Source: an uncultured Elusimicrobia bacterium
Lineage (GTDB): Bacteria; Elusimicrobiota; Elusimicrobia; 2-01-FULL-59-12
Length of the DNA stretch: 64,000 nucleotides
Direction of reading: 5' to 3'
NCBI GenBank assembly: GCA_963702895.1
Contig: OY969767.1
Location: 1,568,001-1,632,000 of the forward strand
The notes under the pieces were generated by a model. The model was not told the origin of the DNA, did no database searches, and was given only the letters and a program-made list of their open reading frames with translations. Both the position numbers and the translations under genes were made by a program. This document shows, piece by piece, positions 8,962 through 19,085 of this stretch. The number at the start of each line of letters is the position of its first letter. Position 1 is the first letter of the stretch.

Positions 8962-11424
8962 TCAATCTGACAGGCTCTTTCTATGATCGGCCTCATTTTT
9001 CGCTTTGGCTGCGGCCGCCTGATCTGACGACTTCAAATCGGCCACCGTAATGACCAACTTTGGAATATGGCCAGTGAATTTTGATTTCCGCTCAGCGCCA
9101 ATGGTTTCCACCACAGGCGAGGCAAGGTCAATGCCGACATCCGCGGTTTCATCCGCCGAGAAGATGGCCGGCTGGGTCCGGTCAACGCGCCCTTGCGCGA
9201 CTTTTTGTCCATTGACGCTGATCGTGCCAAGGCCCCCTTTGCCGAGACCGCCGCCGTCATAGGTAAAATCAAGCTTGACGGTAGCTTTGCCCGGCTTCAG
9301 TTTATTCTTCCCAGCGACCGTATAGCGCTGCATGCCGAGAAAGTTGTAGTCGAAAGAGGGGACGCCTTCGTTCACATACAGAGCAAAACCGCCAAAGCGT
9401 CCGCCCTGGGCAAAGACGATCCCATGTGCGCCCTTTTCAGGCACCTCAATGTCTGCCGTGATGGTATAAGACCGGTTCTTCATGTCCAGGAACGTATTCT
9501 CCGTCATCGCAACCATTCCTTCGGCCAGCGTAATGGAGTTCCTCCCGGGCATCAGCTCGGGGCGGCCCACATTGGCGGCAGTGAGGCGGTCAAAGAGCCG
9601 GTCATCGATCGGCAGCGCGTAGTTTTTCCCCGCCACCTTCATGAAGAGATCCTGAAGCTCGGCTAATTTCTTCGGCTCCTTCTTCGCCAAGTCGTGAACC
9701 AGGCTAAAGTCCTTGTTCAGATCATAGAGCTCCCAGATATCGTCTTTCAGCGGTCGGCGAGGCGTCGCCTCCCAGGGCGCGCGGTGGATGGTCCTGGCAT
9801 ACCAGCCGTCCTTGTACATCGCCCGGTTTCCGAACATCTCGAAATACTGTTCGGTGTGCCGGTCCTTTGCCCTGCCGTTGTTGAAGGAGTAGAGCATGCT
9901 GAGGCCGTCTATCGGGCGCTGCGCAACGCCGTTGACCACCTTGGGCTCCGGCAGCCCGGCCGCTTCAAGGATCGTTGGCGCCACATCGATCACGTGATGG
10001 AACTGCCGGCGGATTTCACCCTTGGCTTTGATGCCTTTAGGCCAACGAATCGTCGTGCCGACTTTCGTGCCGCCCGGATCGGAGCCAATCTGCTTGGTCC
10101 AGGTGTAGGGGGTATCGAGCGCGACCGCCCAGCCCGCTGCCATATGCGGATAGGTCATGGGGCCGCCCCATTGATCCATTTTCTTGAGCATGTCTTCGAC
10201 CTTCTCCTGGACGCCGTTAAAGTAGGTCATCTCGCTAAACATCCCGTTGGCTCCGCCTTCGGCGCTCGTCCCGTTGTCGCCGTAGACGAGAATGATCATG
10301 GTGTTGTCACGCTGTCCCGTTTCATCGATGGCCTTGATCAGCCGGCCGATGTGGTAGTCCGAGTATTCCAGATAAGCGGCGAACACTTCCATCTGCCGCG
10401 CGTAGAGCTTCTTCTGATCCGGAGAGAGCGTGTTCCAGTCGGGGATGGCCGCCGGTTTGGGAGCCAGAGGCGTTCCCTTGGGCGTGATGCCGAGCTTGAT
10501 CTGGCGCGCGAGGATTTCCTCGCGCATCTTGTCCCATCCGCCATCAAACTTTCCTTTGAAGTGCGCGATCCACTCTTGGGGGGCATGATGCGGCGCATGC
10601 GTGGCACCCGGCGCGAAATACATGAAGAAGGGCTTCTCGGGGCTGAGCGCCTTCAAGTGCTTAACCCAGGCAATCGATTTGTCGGTCATGTCCTGCATGA
10701 AATGGTAATTCGGGTCTTCGGGCATCTCGACAGGCGTGGTGCCGTCATAAACAAACGGCGCCCACTGGTTCGTTTCGCCTCCCAGAAAACCGTAAAACTT
10801 GTCGAACCCCTGGCGCGTCGGCCAGCGGTCGAAGGGGCCCGCCATCGTGGCTTCCCAGGCGGCCAGTTCGTGCCATTTACCGAAGGCGCCGGTCGCGTAG
10901 CCGTTTAAGCGCAGCGTCTCGGCCACGGGCGTCACGTTCTGCGGGATCTTCCCCGTATTGCCGGGAAAGGCCGTGCCCGTCTCGATGATGGATCCCATAT
11001 TGTTGACGTGGTGGTTGCGTCCGCTCTTTAAGGCCGCGCGCGTGGGCGAGGAGACAGCGCAGGTATGGAAGTTGTTGTAACGCAGGCCCTCCTTGGCGAT
11101 CTGGTCAAATGCTTTAGTCTCGACAGGTCCGCCAAAGGCGCTCGTGCCTCCGAAACCGAGGTCATCCATTAAAACGAGGAGCACGTTCGGCGCGCCGGCC
11201 GGAGCGTTGACGTTGAAGGCGGGAGGTGCCTTCGCGTTTCGGACGTCGAGAATATAGCTGGTAGGAGCCTCCGGCTCCCGAATCGGAAGAACGCTGCGGT
11301 CGATCGGCGTCCGGGTGTCGGAGGCCGCGGCGAAAGCGGGCCCCATGTTGCCGACAAGCAAAGCGCCTGTCGAAAAGCACGCACCGAGACGAGTCATCTT
11401 GATTTCCAAGTTTTTCATTTTCAT
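8962..11424 (-). CDS. Arylsulfatase, Ser-type, exported
   Basis: PNVLLVLMDDLG; SSPTRAAL (S-x-P-x-R); GKWH; GDNG. Confidence 0.92.
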   Translation of the reverse strand: MKMKNLEIKMTRLGACFSTGALLVGNMGPAFAAASDTRTPIDRSVLPIREPEAPTSYILDVRNAKAPPAFNVNAPAGAPNVLLVLMDDLGFGGTSAFGGPVETKAFDQIAKEGLRYNNFHTCAVSSPTRAALKSGRNHHVNNMGSIIETGTAFPGNTGKIPQNVTPVAETLRLNGYATGAFGKWHELAAWEATMAGPFDRWPTRQGFDKFYGFLGGETNQWAPFVYDGTTPVEMPEDPNYHFMQDMTDKSIAWVKHLKALSPEKPFFMYFAPGATHAPHHAPQEWIAHFKGKFDGGWDKMREEILARQIKLGITPKGTPLAPKPAAIPDWNTLSPDQKKLYARQMEVFAAYLEYSDYHIGRLIKAIDETGQRDNTMIILVYGDNGTSAEGGANGMFSEMTYFNGVQEKVEDMLKKMDQWGGPMTYPHMAAGWAVALDTPYTWTKQIGSDPGGTKVGTTIRWPKGIKAKGEIRRQFHHVIDVAPTILEAAGLPEPKVVNGVAQRPIDGLSMLYSFNNGRAKDRHTEQYFEMFGNRAMYKDGWYARTIHRAPWEATPRRPLKDDIWELYDLNKDFSLVHDLAKKEPKKLAELQDLFMKVAGKNYALPIDDRLFDRLTAANVGRPELMPGRNSITLAEGMVAMTENTFLDMKNRSYTITADIEVPEKGAHGIVFAQGGRFGGFALYVNEGVPSFDYNFLGMQRYTVAGKNKLKPGKATVKLDFTYDGGGLGKGGLGTISVNGQKVAQGRVDRTQPAIFSADETADVGIDLASPVVETIGAERKSKFTGHIPKLVITVADLKSSDQAAAAKAKNEADHRKSLSD

Positions 11425-11448
11425 GTCTCCCTGTTGTTGGATGTCTGC

Positions 11449-12612
11449 TTATGAACTTAGGTCTATTTCCTGGAGTCCCCTCATCCAGGGAAGGCAGTGA
11501 ACCCTACCGATTTTCTTGGGATGAGGATCCAGCGAAAAACAAAACGCGCGGCTGCCCGCCAGATTCGACTGGAAGCGGGCCAGGCTCAACACATCCCGTT
11601 CTCCCACCCGGTCCGTTGACTTGATTTCAATCAAGAGAAGCGGGTCCCCGGGCCGCTCGAGGATCAGATCCACCTCGGCATCGTCCTTCGTCCTCAAGTA
11701 CGAAAGGCTGAAGTCCTTTTGGAGATAGTCGTTGAGCCGGGCTATTTCAAGAACCAGGAGATGTTCGAAGGCATTTCCAAACTCGGTTGAGCGCGGCTCC
11801 AGGGAATGGTGGAACGAACGTTCCAGCGCCCGCTTGACTCCCGTATCAAACAGGTAGAACTTCGGATGGCTTTGCTGACGCTTGCGGATCGATCGATGAA
11901 ACGCGGGCAGGCGCCATCCCACCAGCGTATCTTCCAGAATCCCAAAATACATCTGTACGGTATGCGGGTCCACGCCAACGTCCTGGGCGATTCTCGCGTA
12001 GTTGAGGATCTGGCCATTCGATTGAGCCGCGACCTCGAGAAACCCCCGGAAGGGATTGAGCTTCCGCACGATCTGTTCCGCGGCGATTTCTTCTTTAAGG
12101 TAGGTGAGGCTGTACGCGCGCAGAAAGCTCGCTTTTTCCTCATCGCTGGCCAGCTGATACACTTTGGGAAGCGAACCCCATCGCAGCACGTCAAGCAGAT
12201 CAAACCGCTCGCCGATCTCCCGGTGGGTCAGCGGATGGAGATGATGAACAAACGCCCGTCCGGCCAAAAGGTTAGACACGCCGCGCTTGAGTTTCCTGGG
12301 GCTTGATCCGGTCAGCGCGAATCGCCGTGCCGACTTTTCAATCAGGCGGTGGACCAGGTCCAGGAGCCGCGGCGCCTTCTGGATCTCATCGATGACCACC
12401 CATTGGATTGCCGCCGGCAAGGCCGCGACCCGGCGCTCCAACTCCAGGGGGTCCCGGTTGAAAAGATCCTCTTCGACGGGATTGAGCAGATCGTAGACCT
12501 CGGCACGCTGGGCCGGCAGCTGGTGACTGAGCAACGTGGACTTGCCCGTGCCCCGGGGCCCGAACAGAAAGAAAGACTGCGTTTTGGATACGGAAAGAAG
12601 TCTTTGGAACAT
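11449..12612 (-). CDS. AAA+ ATPase (AAA_14 + DUF4143)
   Basis: GPRGTGKST, IDEIQK, LTGSS, KFYLFDTG, EVD..IEIK. Confidence 0.88.
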   Translation of the reverse strand: MFQRLLSVSKTQSFFLFGPRGTGKSTLLSHQLPAQRAEVYDLLNPVEEDLFNRDPLELERRVAALPAAIQWVVIDEIQKAPRLLDLVHRLIEKSARRFALTGSSPRKLKRGVSNLLAGRAFVHHLHPLTHREIGERFDLLDVLRWGSLPKVYQLASDEEKASFLRAYSLTYLKEEIAAEQIVRKLNPFRGFLEVAAQSNGQILNYARIAQDVGVDPHTVQMYFGILEDTLVGWRLPAFHRSIRKRQQSHPKFYLFDTGVKRALERSFHHSLEPRSTEFGNAFEHLLVLEIARLNDYLQKDFSLSYLRTKDDAEVDLILERPGDPLLLIEIKSTDRVGERDVLSLARFQSNLAGSRAFCFSLDPHPKKIGRVHCLPWMRGLQEIDLSS

Positions 12613-12816
12613 GCTCCATAATCGTACGCCATTTATGGAGTACGGTCAACCTCGTTGTTTTCGGCCCGTTTCAGCCGCGCGCGGGGCGCACAGGGTCGTC
12701 CCGCTTCTCATTCAGCTGTCGTTTAAAAAATCCACCGCAACGTCACCGTAATCAAGTGCAACGCCGTGTTAGGGTACATGCCGGCGCGATCGATGGGACC
12801 TGGCTCTGATCAGTTC

Positions 12817-12984
12817 CTATCGCCCGGCCATTCGTTGGACGGGATTGACGGGGGTTTGACGCAGACCTGCGGCTATCTTATCCACTTTTAGCAGCACGTG
12901 TTTAAAGTAATTTTTGAAACCACGGCAAAGGTAATTAAGTCCCGGTTCGCCGTCCTCGGCGCGGAGGATGCGGTTCTTGGGACA
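12817..12984 (-). pseudogene. Orphan duplicate 3' end of the anaerobic sulfatase maturase gene
   Basis: Translates CPKNRILRAEDGEPGLNYLCRGFKNYFKHVLLKVDKIAAGLR..*, matching 14353-14511. Confidence 0.85.
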
Positions 12985-12989
12985 CGTCT

Positions 12990-14162
12990 TCAAAAAACCT
13001 CGCCTGCGCGAAGTTGGCGCAGGAATTCAACCACGGGAAGGACGTCGAAGCCGTTGACGTGAAGGGTTTGCGTCCCTGCATAGACGCCGATCATGCGCTC
13101 CACGTTCACTTTCGGCTCGGCCGCCAGCGCACGGATCGGCCTTTCCCATTCGCTTTTCCAACGCTCGGAAAGTTTGACTTCAATGCAGATGAGGCGAGAA
13201 GGCTTATCGCCTTGGACGCTTTGGCGCTCAATAACAAAGTCAATTTCCTGATTGCCAGTCGTCCGGTAGTAGGCGATCTTTCGATGCTTGCGTGACACTT
13301 CGTTGTAGACCCGCAGTTCATGGAAGACCCATGTTTCCAGGGCATGGCCCTTGACCTGGCTGTCCAGGGGGTCGAAGAGGCGTCCGGCGGCCGCCCGCGC
13401 AACCCCCGCGTCAAACCAGTAGAACTTGGCGTGGGCACGCTCGCGCACCTTAAGTCTTGGCTGATACGCCGGCAGGAAATGCCCCACCAGAGTGTCCACC
13501 AGGATCGAAAAATATCCGTCCACGCTGGCCCTGGGCACGGCGGCTTCGCGGGCGATGTTCGATCCGTTCACAATGTGCCCGTTCAACTGTCCGGCGATGG
13601 TCAAGAACCGCACAAACGGGGGGTATTGGCGGACGATACCCTCTTCCTTGATTTCTTCACGCAGATAGGTATGTAAATACGCGGCTAATGTATCCGGAGC
13701 GTTCTCGCGCCGGGTCCAGACCAAAGGCAGCGAACCCCATTGAAGCGCATGCTCCGAATTCCAATCACCCTCCAATTCAGCGGCCGTAAGCCCCTCCAGG
13801 TTTTTTTCCAACGCGCGCCCCGCCAGCATATCGGCACCACCTCGGCGAAGTTTCCGCGCGGAAGAGCCGCAAAGGGCGAACCGCCACCGCTGGCTTTCCA
13901 TTAATCGGTGAACTTCATTCAGCAGCAGGGGGATTTTCTGAATCTCATCCAGCACCACCCATGATTCTGCCGGACGCTTCCCAATCAGCGCTTCCAACCG
14001 GTGAGGCTCGCGAGTCAGCTGAAGTGCCAGGGATGTATCAAGGAGATCAAACGTGAGCGCCTCAGGGAAGAACTGCTTGAGCCAAGTGCTTTTTCCTGCT
14101 CCTCTCGGACCAAAAAGGAAAAAAGACTGCTCTGGACGCTCCAGAAGACGATTCCACACCAT
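12990..14162 (-). CDS. AAA+ ATPase (AAA_14 + DUF4143)
   Basis: GPRGAGKST, LDEIQK, LCGSS, KFYWFDAG, EIDF..IEVK. Confidence 0.88.
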   Translation of the reverse strand: MVWNRLLERPEQSFFLFGPRGAGKSTWLKQFFPEALTFDLLDTSLALQLTREPHRLEALIGKRPAESWVVLDEIQKIPLLLNEVHRLMESQRWRFALCGSSARKLRRGGADMLAGRALEKNLEGLTAAELEGDWNSEHALQWGSLPLVWTRRENAPDTLAAYLHTYLREEIKEEGIVRQYPPFVRFLTIAGQLNGHIVNGSNIAREAAVPRASVDGYFSILVDTLVGHFLPAYQPRLKVRERAHAKFYWFDAGVARAAAGRLFDPLDSQVKGHALETWVFHELRVYNEVSRKHRKIAYYRTTGNQEIDFVIERQSVQGDKPSRLICIEVKLSERWKSEWERPIRALAAEPKVNVERMIGVYAGTQTLHVNGFDVLPVVEFLRQLRAGEVF

Positions 14163-14352
14163 AGTGTTAATAATTATTACATTTAATTGTAAATATGCAA
14201 TACATATTTACATGATGTTTTCTGCTCCGGGGATTCGCCAACCCCTTGTCTGCCTTCCCCGCTTCACAGAGCCTAATCCATCCTGCCCGACGCGGGAGAT
14301 CGGTGCGAGAATAACAACAGCGAGAACAGCCATGCGGCACATTCGGTTTATC

Positions 14353-15630
14353 TTAAAACCTCACTTTGAGATCGTTTGGTGTTGCGCGCAACCCCGCCAC
14401 AATCTTATCGACTTTCGGCAGCACGTGTTTAAAGTATTTTTTGAAACCACGGCAAAGGTAATTAAGTCCCGGTTCGCCGTCTTCGGTGCGGAGGATCCGG
14501 TTCTTTGGGCACTCCCCCCAGCAGTCGCTGAGATAAGGACACTTCCGGCAATACCCAGGCAGCGTTTCGTTTTTCGCATAGCCGAATCGGACCTGGGTCG
14601 GCGAGAAGACGAGCTCTGATAATTTCTGATTCGTAATCGTGCCGGTGCGGTACTCCGGATAGACGTAATGGTCGCAGGCGTAAACGCTTCCGTCGTGTTC
14701 GATGGCCAGCCCCTTGCCACAGATGTCGTTGTAGACGCACATCTGGGACCCCTGGCCCATGTGCTGGGACACCAGCGACTCGAAGTGATTCACCAGCACC
14801 TTTCCTAAATCCTTCTGGCACCACTCCTGGAACACCTTGATCAGAAAATCTCCCCAATCGTAGGGATCCACTGACCAATCGGTCACAATCGATTGGGGGT
14901 GGCCGGGGCGAGCCTCAGGTGTTCCGTCGATCGGGAGATCTTCGGGACGCCACGTCTGCGGCGCCTGGGTGGTGAATTGTTTGTATTCGACGATCGGAAT
15001 AAACTGCAAGTACGTGGAATCCAGCTCCCTCCGCAGGAACCGGTAGACTTTTAGGGGCTCTTTGGCGTTGAAGCGGTTCACGCACGTCAGAGTGTTAAAC
15101 GGCACCCCGACGCGTTTCAAGAGCTTGGCCGCGGCAAAAACTTTATCGAACGTAGGTTGGCCACCTTTGGTAAGACGATACTTGTCATGGAACTCACGCG
15201 GGCCATCGATGCTGAGACCCACAAGGAACCGATGTTCTTTCAAGAACGCGGCCCACTCTTCATTCATGAGCGTGCCGTTCGTTTGAAGATCGTTTTCGAT
15301 GCGTTGTCCGGGTTTGGCGTATTTTTTCTCAAGCTCCACCACTTTGCGGTAAAACTCGAGGCCGCGGAGCATCGGCTCCCCGCCTTGCCAGGAGAACACG
15401 ACCTCATCGCCCGTCACGCCTTCCATATATTGCAGGATGAAATGTTCGAGAGTCTCGTCCGACATGAGGCCCGCGCCCGGGCCACCTGGCAGGGTTTCCT
15501 TGCTCAAATAGAAGCAGTACGTGCAACCCAGGTTACAGACGGAGCTGTTGGGTTTGGCCATGACATGGAAACGCCTTTGGCCGAGCTTACCCAACAGAGA
15601 AGGCATACTGTATGGGTCGATGGGACTCAA
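14353..15630 (-). CDS. Anaerobic sulfatase-maturating radical SAM enzyme (anSME)
   Basis: CNLGCTYC motif, WQGGEP, LQTNG, SPASM-type cysteines (CDH, CRKC, CWGECP). Confidence 0.92.
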   Translation of the reverse strand: MSPIDPYSMPSLLGKLGQRRFHVMAKPNSSVCNLGCTYCFYLSKETLPGGPGAGLMSDETLEHFILQYMEGVTGDEVVFSWQGGEPMLRGLEFYRKVVELEKKYAKPGQRIENDLQTNGTLMNEEWAAFLKEHRFLVGLSIDGPREFHDKYRLTKGGQPTFDKVFAAAKLLKRVGVPFNTLTCVNRFNAKEPLKVYRFLRRELDSTYLQFIPIVEYKQFTTQAPQTWRPEDLPIDGTPEARPGHPQSIVTDWSVDPYDWGDFLIKVFQEWCQKDLGKVLVNHFESLVSQHMGQGSQMCVYNDICGKGLAIEHDGSVYACDHYVYPEYRTGTITNQKLSELVFSPTQVRFGYAKNETLPGYCRKCPYLSDCWGECPKNRILRTEDGEPGLNYLCRGFKKYFKHVLPKVDKIVAGLRATPNDLKVRF

Positions 15631-16010
15631 GGCTTTAACCTCGAGAAGGTCACCTCATAGAGTTCCTTGTCAAGTGCCTGGTAATAGGTTCCCGTAAGCT
15701 GATCAGTTTTTGGGTCGTACGTTAGTTTATAAGTGGACCCGGGGTAGTTGACGTCGCGAAGTTCGATCAAAATACTGAGGGTTCCTTGCTTGTGCGTCGC
15801 GCGGGCCTTCGCCACATGAATCGACCTGGGGTTGAAGTAGAAGGCGTCCATCTCGCCACTGGCCTGCACGTCCTGGACTTCGATCACGTATCCGCCATCG
15901 GGTCGCAGCCATTTTCCTTGAAGCTTCTGGAAGCTGGCATTTGGAGCCGCCCATGCCAGAGGAACCAAGAGGAGAACAAGCGAAGCGAAGAGAACGCGAT
16001 TCAGGTTCAA
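15627..16010 (-). CDS. Exported hypothetical protein
   Basis: Signal peptide; G.WLRPDGGY; overlaps the anSME start. Confidence 0.7.
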   Translation of the reverse strand: MNLNRVLFASLVLLLVPLAWAAPNASFQKLQGKWLRPDGGYVIEVQDVQASGEMDAFYFNPRSIHVAKARATHKQGTLSILIELRDVNYPGSTYKLTYDPKTDQLTGTYYQALDKELYEVTFSRLKP

Positions 16011-16060
16011 CGTGTCAATTCCTTTCGCATGATGACGTTGGGAAGGCGGCTACATCAACC

Positions 16061-16086
16061 AGGGGACAGTCCTGGGACTGTCCCCT
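16061..16086. repeat. GGGGACAGTCC/GGACTGTCCCC palindrome (REP-like)
   Basis: AGGGGACAGTCCTGGGACTGTCCCCT. Confidence 0.5.
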
Positions 16087-16113
16087 GATTCTCCGGATGG
16101 TCAGAAAGATTAT

Positions 16114-16776
16114 TTACCAGCGGAAACCGAAGTTGATCGGCATGAACGGCGTTGCGTTCTTCGAGGTCTCAGCCTGGTGATAACGGAGTTCCACGAAGAA
16201 TTCCGTGCCCCCGAGCAATTCGTAGCCGACCGAAGCCCCGACGTTCCACCCGAATTTGGTTTGTGACTTACTGTCGGTCACGTATGTAGTATCTCCCGAG
16301 CAATAGTAGTAGCCATACCAGGGGTCCCAGCAAGTCCCGCCGTATCGACCCTCTTCGGTCGTCTTAAGCACACGGTTGTAAACCCCGATCCCTCCGATGA
16401 GCCGTGGTTTGAGTCGCGCCTGCTTAAACTTTTCCGGCAACCAGGTGATGTTGGCGGTCCCCGCGGTCATCTGCATATAGCCTTCGGAACTGGCGAGTTC
16501 CTCCGCTTTGCCGTTGAACCCGAACCGGTAGGTCATGCCTTCGAACTGAAGGCCGATCGGCCAGGTGGCCTCCTGATAGCCAAACCCTCCCAGGATTCCA
16601 TACTCGCCGTCCATATACTGATGGGTGACGCCAACAGAAAACGGATAGGCGCCCGCGAAGAACACGGACCAGGGACCGTCCGCAAGAGCCATCGCCGACG
16701 GCGAAGTCGTACAGATAAGCGCATAGACAAGGGTGAGCCTTGTGACGAGACTGACAAACGAGACTTTTCGCTTCAT
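16114..16776 (-). CDS. Outer-membrane beta-barrel protein
   Basis: GAGGAG ribosome-binding site; signal peptide; C-terminal PINFGFRW. Confidence 0.75.
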   Translation of the reverse strand: MKRKVSFVSLVTRLTLVYALICTTSPSAMALADGPWSVFFAGAYPFSVGVTHQYMDGEYGILGGFGYQEATWPIGLQFEGMTYRFGFNGKAEELASSEGYMQMTAGTANITWLPEKFKQARLKPRLIGGIGVYNRVLKTTEEGRYGGTCWDPWYGYYYCSGDTTYVTDSKSQTKFGWNVGASVGYELLGGTEFFVELRYHQAETSKNATPFMPINFGFRW

Positions 16777-16806
16777 AATGATTCTCCTCTTCATGATGAT
16801 AAAGAC

Positions 16807-16972
16807 TAACCCGGAATCTTCGTTTGACGTCACCCCGGCGGATTGTTAGCCGGGGTCTATCATCGACGTATAAAACATGATGGATCCCCCCCTAGGACCG
16901 GGGGGGATGACGGCACGAAAAAGTCCCGAATTCTCTGTCGACAAGTCATGTTCAACTGTATTCTTTTTGCTA
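16807..16972. mobile_element. MITE/REP composite copy C
   Basis: TA-flanked; same core as copies A, B and D; lacks the CCGCC doublet inserts. Confidence 0.7.
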
Positions 16973-17063
16973 ATTATTCCAAATCTTTACATCGATCGTG
17001 CTTATCGACTGACAGACTGTTCCTTGAGGGCATCCCGGCATGTCTTAAGCCGGGGGTGACGTC

Positions 17064-19085
17064 TTAGCGACGGCCGCCGCCTCCGCGCATGCCCCCGCCG
17101 CTCCGCATGCCTCCTCCTGAGCCCGAACCAGAGTAGGACGGCCGACTGGAAGCTTGATAGTTCGAAGCGCGCTGCGCGCCGCGGTCGCGCGCTTGGGAAT
17201 CACGCTGCACATCCTGTCTGGGTGCAGCACTATCCTTCCAGCCGCCGCTCGAGCGATCTTGCCACTGCCCATCATCATTACGTCGGGACACGTTGCCGTC
17301 TCGGTCCGCATAAACATCTCTGTCCCGACTGCCGCCAGCAGTCGCCGCGCGGTCCCTTGAGTCAGCGCGTGCGCCACGGTCTGACGTGCTTGGTCTGGTG
17401 CTTGCGCGGTCTCCGCGGTTCTGGCCGCGGTCGTATAAATTCTGTTTAGCCTGGGCACGGTTTCCATTATAAGGCGTCGCATGCGGGCCGCCGGGCCGAT
17501 AACCCCCTGCCGGCCCATACCAGCCGCCGTAGTACCCCCCGCCCCACCCCACGCCGATGCCGATACCGATGCCCACGCTCATACCCCACCCGTAATACGG
17601 GCTGTAGCCGTAGCCAAATCCGTAGGTAACCATCGGTGGATAATAATAGACGGGTCCGTACCATCCCGAATAGTAATAGCCCGTTCCGTAAACGACGGTC
17701 CCGTAATAGGGGTAGGATCCCACGTAACCCGGGTAATAGCCGACGTAAACCGTGTCGGGCTGGGCGTCATAAATATGGACATAGCGGCAGTTGTAGTAGG
17801 GACAGCTCGGCGGGATCTGGTAGATGGCCTTCGGGACATAATTGGCAACCACCCAGGGCCCGGTGGCATTTTTCGAAGCGTACCAAATCCCTTCCGTGCA
17901 GGACCAATACCCTTCTTTTCCAACTCGAAAGACGGGCACGGACGCGTTGAGCGAATACGCCACCGACAAACCCTCGAGGTCCTCAAATTTTGGATCCCCG
18001 TCCCAGACGACGACCAGTTTGCCGTCTTTGTCCTTGCGGGACACGGCCGCCGTTTGAGGGATCTGGGCATCCAAGAGCGCTTCCTTGGCCTCCTCAGTCC
18101 CGGCAACGCTGGCACGGACGGACGCCTTGGGCGAAGCTGGCGGAATCTGCGAAAACGCCTTCGGCAGCTGGTCCGGACGCACAAAGGTCCAGGGCCCCTT
18201 CAAACTGGATGCCGTGAACCACCGGCCGGACAAGAGGACAAATACGTTGGAATTCGTCGTGTCGACGAATACGTTACTCTCGGTATTGCTCATATAAAGG
18301 AGGTTGCTGCCCGCTAGCGGAGTGTAGGCTGGCTCTCCCTTGGACACGATGAGCTCTGCCGGTTCCTTGGTTACGATGATCCTGGGGACCGCGGCAGTGG
18401 CGTTGGATTCATCTTTCCAAGGGCCATTCAAATCGGGCGCCCGCAGGTAGCGCTCGCCTGCTTTGAGTCTCCACTCTTTCGAACGGGTGAAGGTCAGCTG
18501 AAATGGCGTGTTGACGACGCGCTGATCGGGAGAATCCTTCATCGGGCGAAGCTGGGGCTCGCCATCGAGCAAGACAAGGACTGCGTCGGTCGTTTCCACA
18601 TAGATCTTGGGCGGGTCTGTTTTTAAGTTTTCGACAGACTTCATTTCCTTTTGGGCGTTTTCGAGACTCACCAAAAGTTTATCGAGTGAAAGCACGTATT
18701 GATGGCGCGCGAGCTCAGCCGTGAGAATCTGAGAAAGCACCTGCTCCTTCTCTGGCGTGGCCTCGGCAAAACGAGTGCGCGTCACTTGGACATCTTCCAC
18801 CGTGACGGTGCGAGCGTCCCGGTCCGTGGAGACGCGGGCTTCGATCCAAACAGCGCCAAAGACAGGATCCTTGCCATCCGGTTGAACAGAAACGGCGGCG
18901 CGGAACGTGATCTTGTTGTCTTTGAAAGACTCCGGCTGAGGCTGATAGAGCACGATGGGCACTCGCGCGCCTTCAATCTTGAGAGGCCATTCCTGGGCAG
19001 AAGGTTCCGCACTGACCACCCACGACGGCCACAGGATCAGACAGGACAAGAAGAACGCTAGGAATCTTTTCTGAATCTGGATCAC
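17064..19085 (-). CDS. Large exported protein with Tyr/Gly-rich and Arg/Gly-rich tail
   Basis: Signal peptide; YQPQ; YYPGY.G repeats; C-terminal GGGGRR. Confidence 0.75.
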   Translation of the reverse strand: MIQIQKRFLAFFLSCLILWPSWVVSAEPSAQEWPLKIEGARVPIVLYQPQPESFKDNKITFRAAVSVQPDGKDPVFGAVWIEARVSTDRDARTVTVEDVQVTRTRFAEATPEKEQVLSQILTAELARHQYVLSLDKLLVSLENAQKEMKSVENLKTDPPKIYVETTDAVLVLLDGEPQLRPMKDSPDQRVVNTPFQLTFTRSKEWRLKAGERYLRAPDLNGPWKDESNATAAVPRIIVTKEPAELIVSKGEPAYTPLAGSNLLYMSNTESNVFVDTTNSNVFVLLSGRWFTASSLKGPWTFVRPDQLPKAFSQIPPASPKASVRASVAGTEEAKEALLDAQIPQTAAVSRKDKDGKLVVVWDGDPKFEDLEGLSVAYSLNASVPVFRVGKEGYWSCTEGIWYASKNATGPWVVANYVPKAIYQIPPSCPYYNCRYVHIYDAQPDTVYVGYYPGYVGSYPYYGTVVYGTGYYYSGWYGPVYYYPPMVTYGFGYGYSPYYGWGMSVGIGIGIGVGWGGGYYGGWYGPAGGYRPGGPHATPYNGNRAQAKQNLYDRGQNRGDRASTRPSTSDRGARADSRDRAATAGGSRDRDVYADRDGNVSRRNDDGQWQDRSSGGWKDSAAPRQDVQRDSQARDRGAQRASNYQASSRPSYSGSGSGGGMRSGGGMRGGGGRR

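Noticed and set aside
9694..10908. Long opposite-strand ORFs (also 45814-47235, 47739-49037, 58539-59609, 59683-60675)
   Set aside because: They are antisense shadows of well-supported GC-rich genes and show no recognisable motifs.
12817..14511. Diversity-generating retroelement TR/VR pair
   Set aside because: Mismatches are mostly synonymous and not adenine-specific, and there is no reverse transcriptase.
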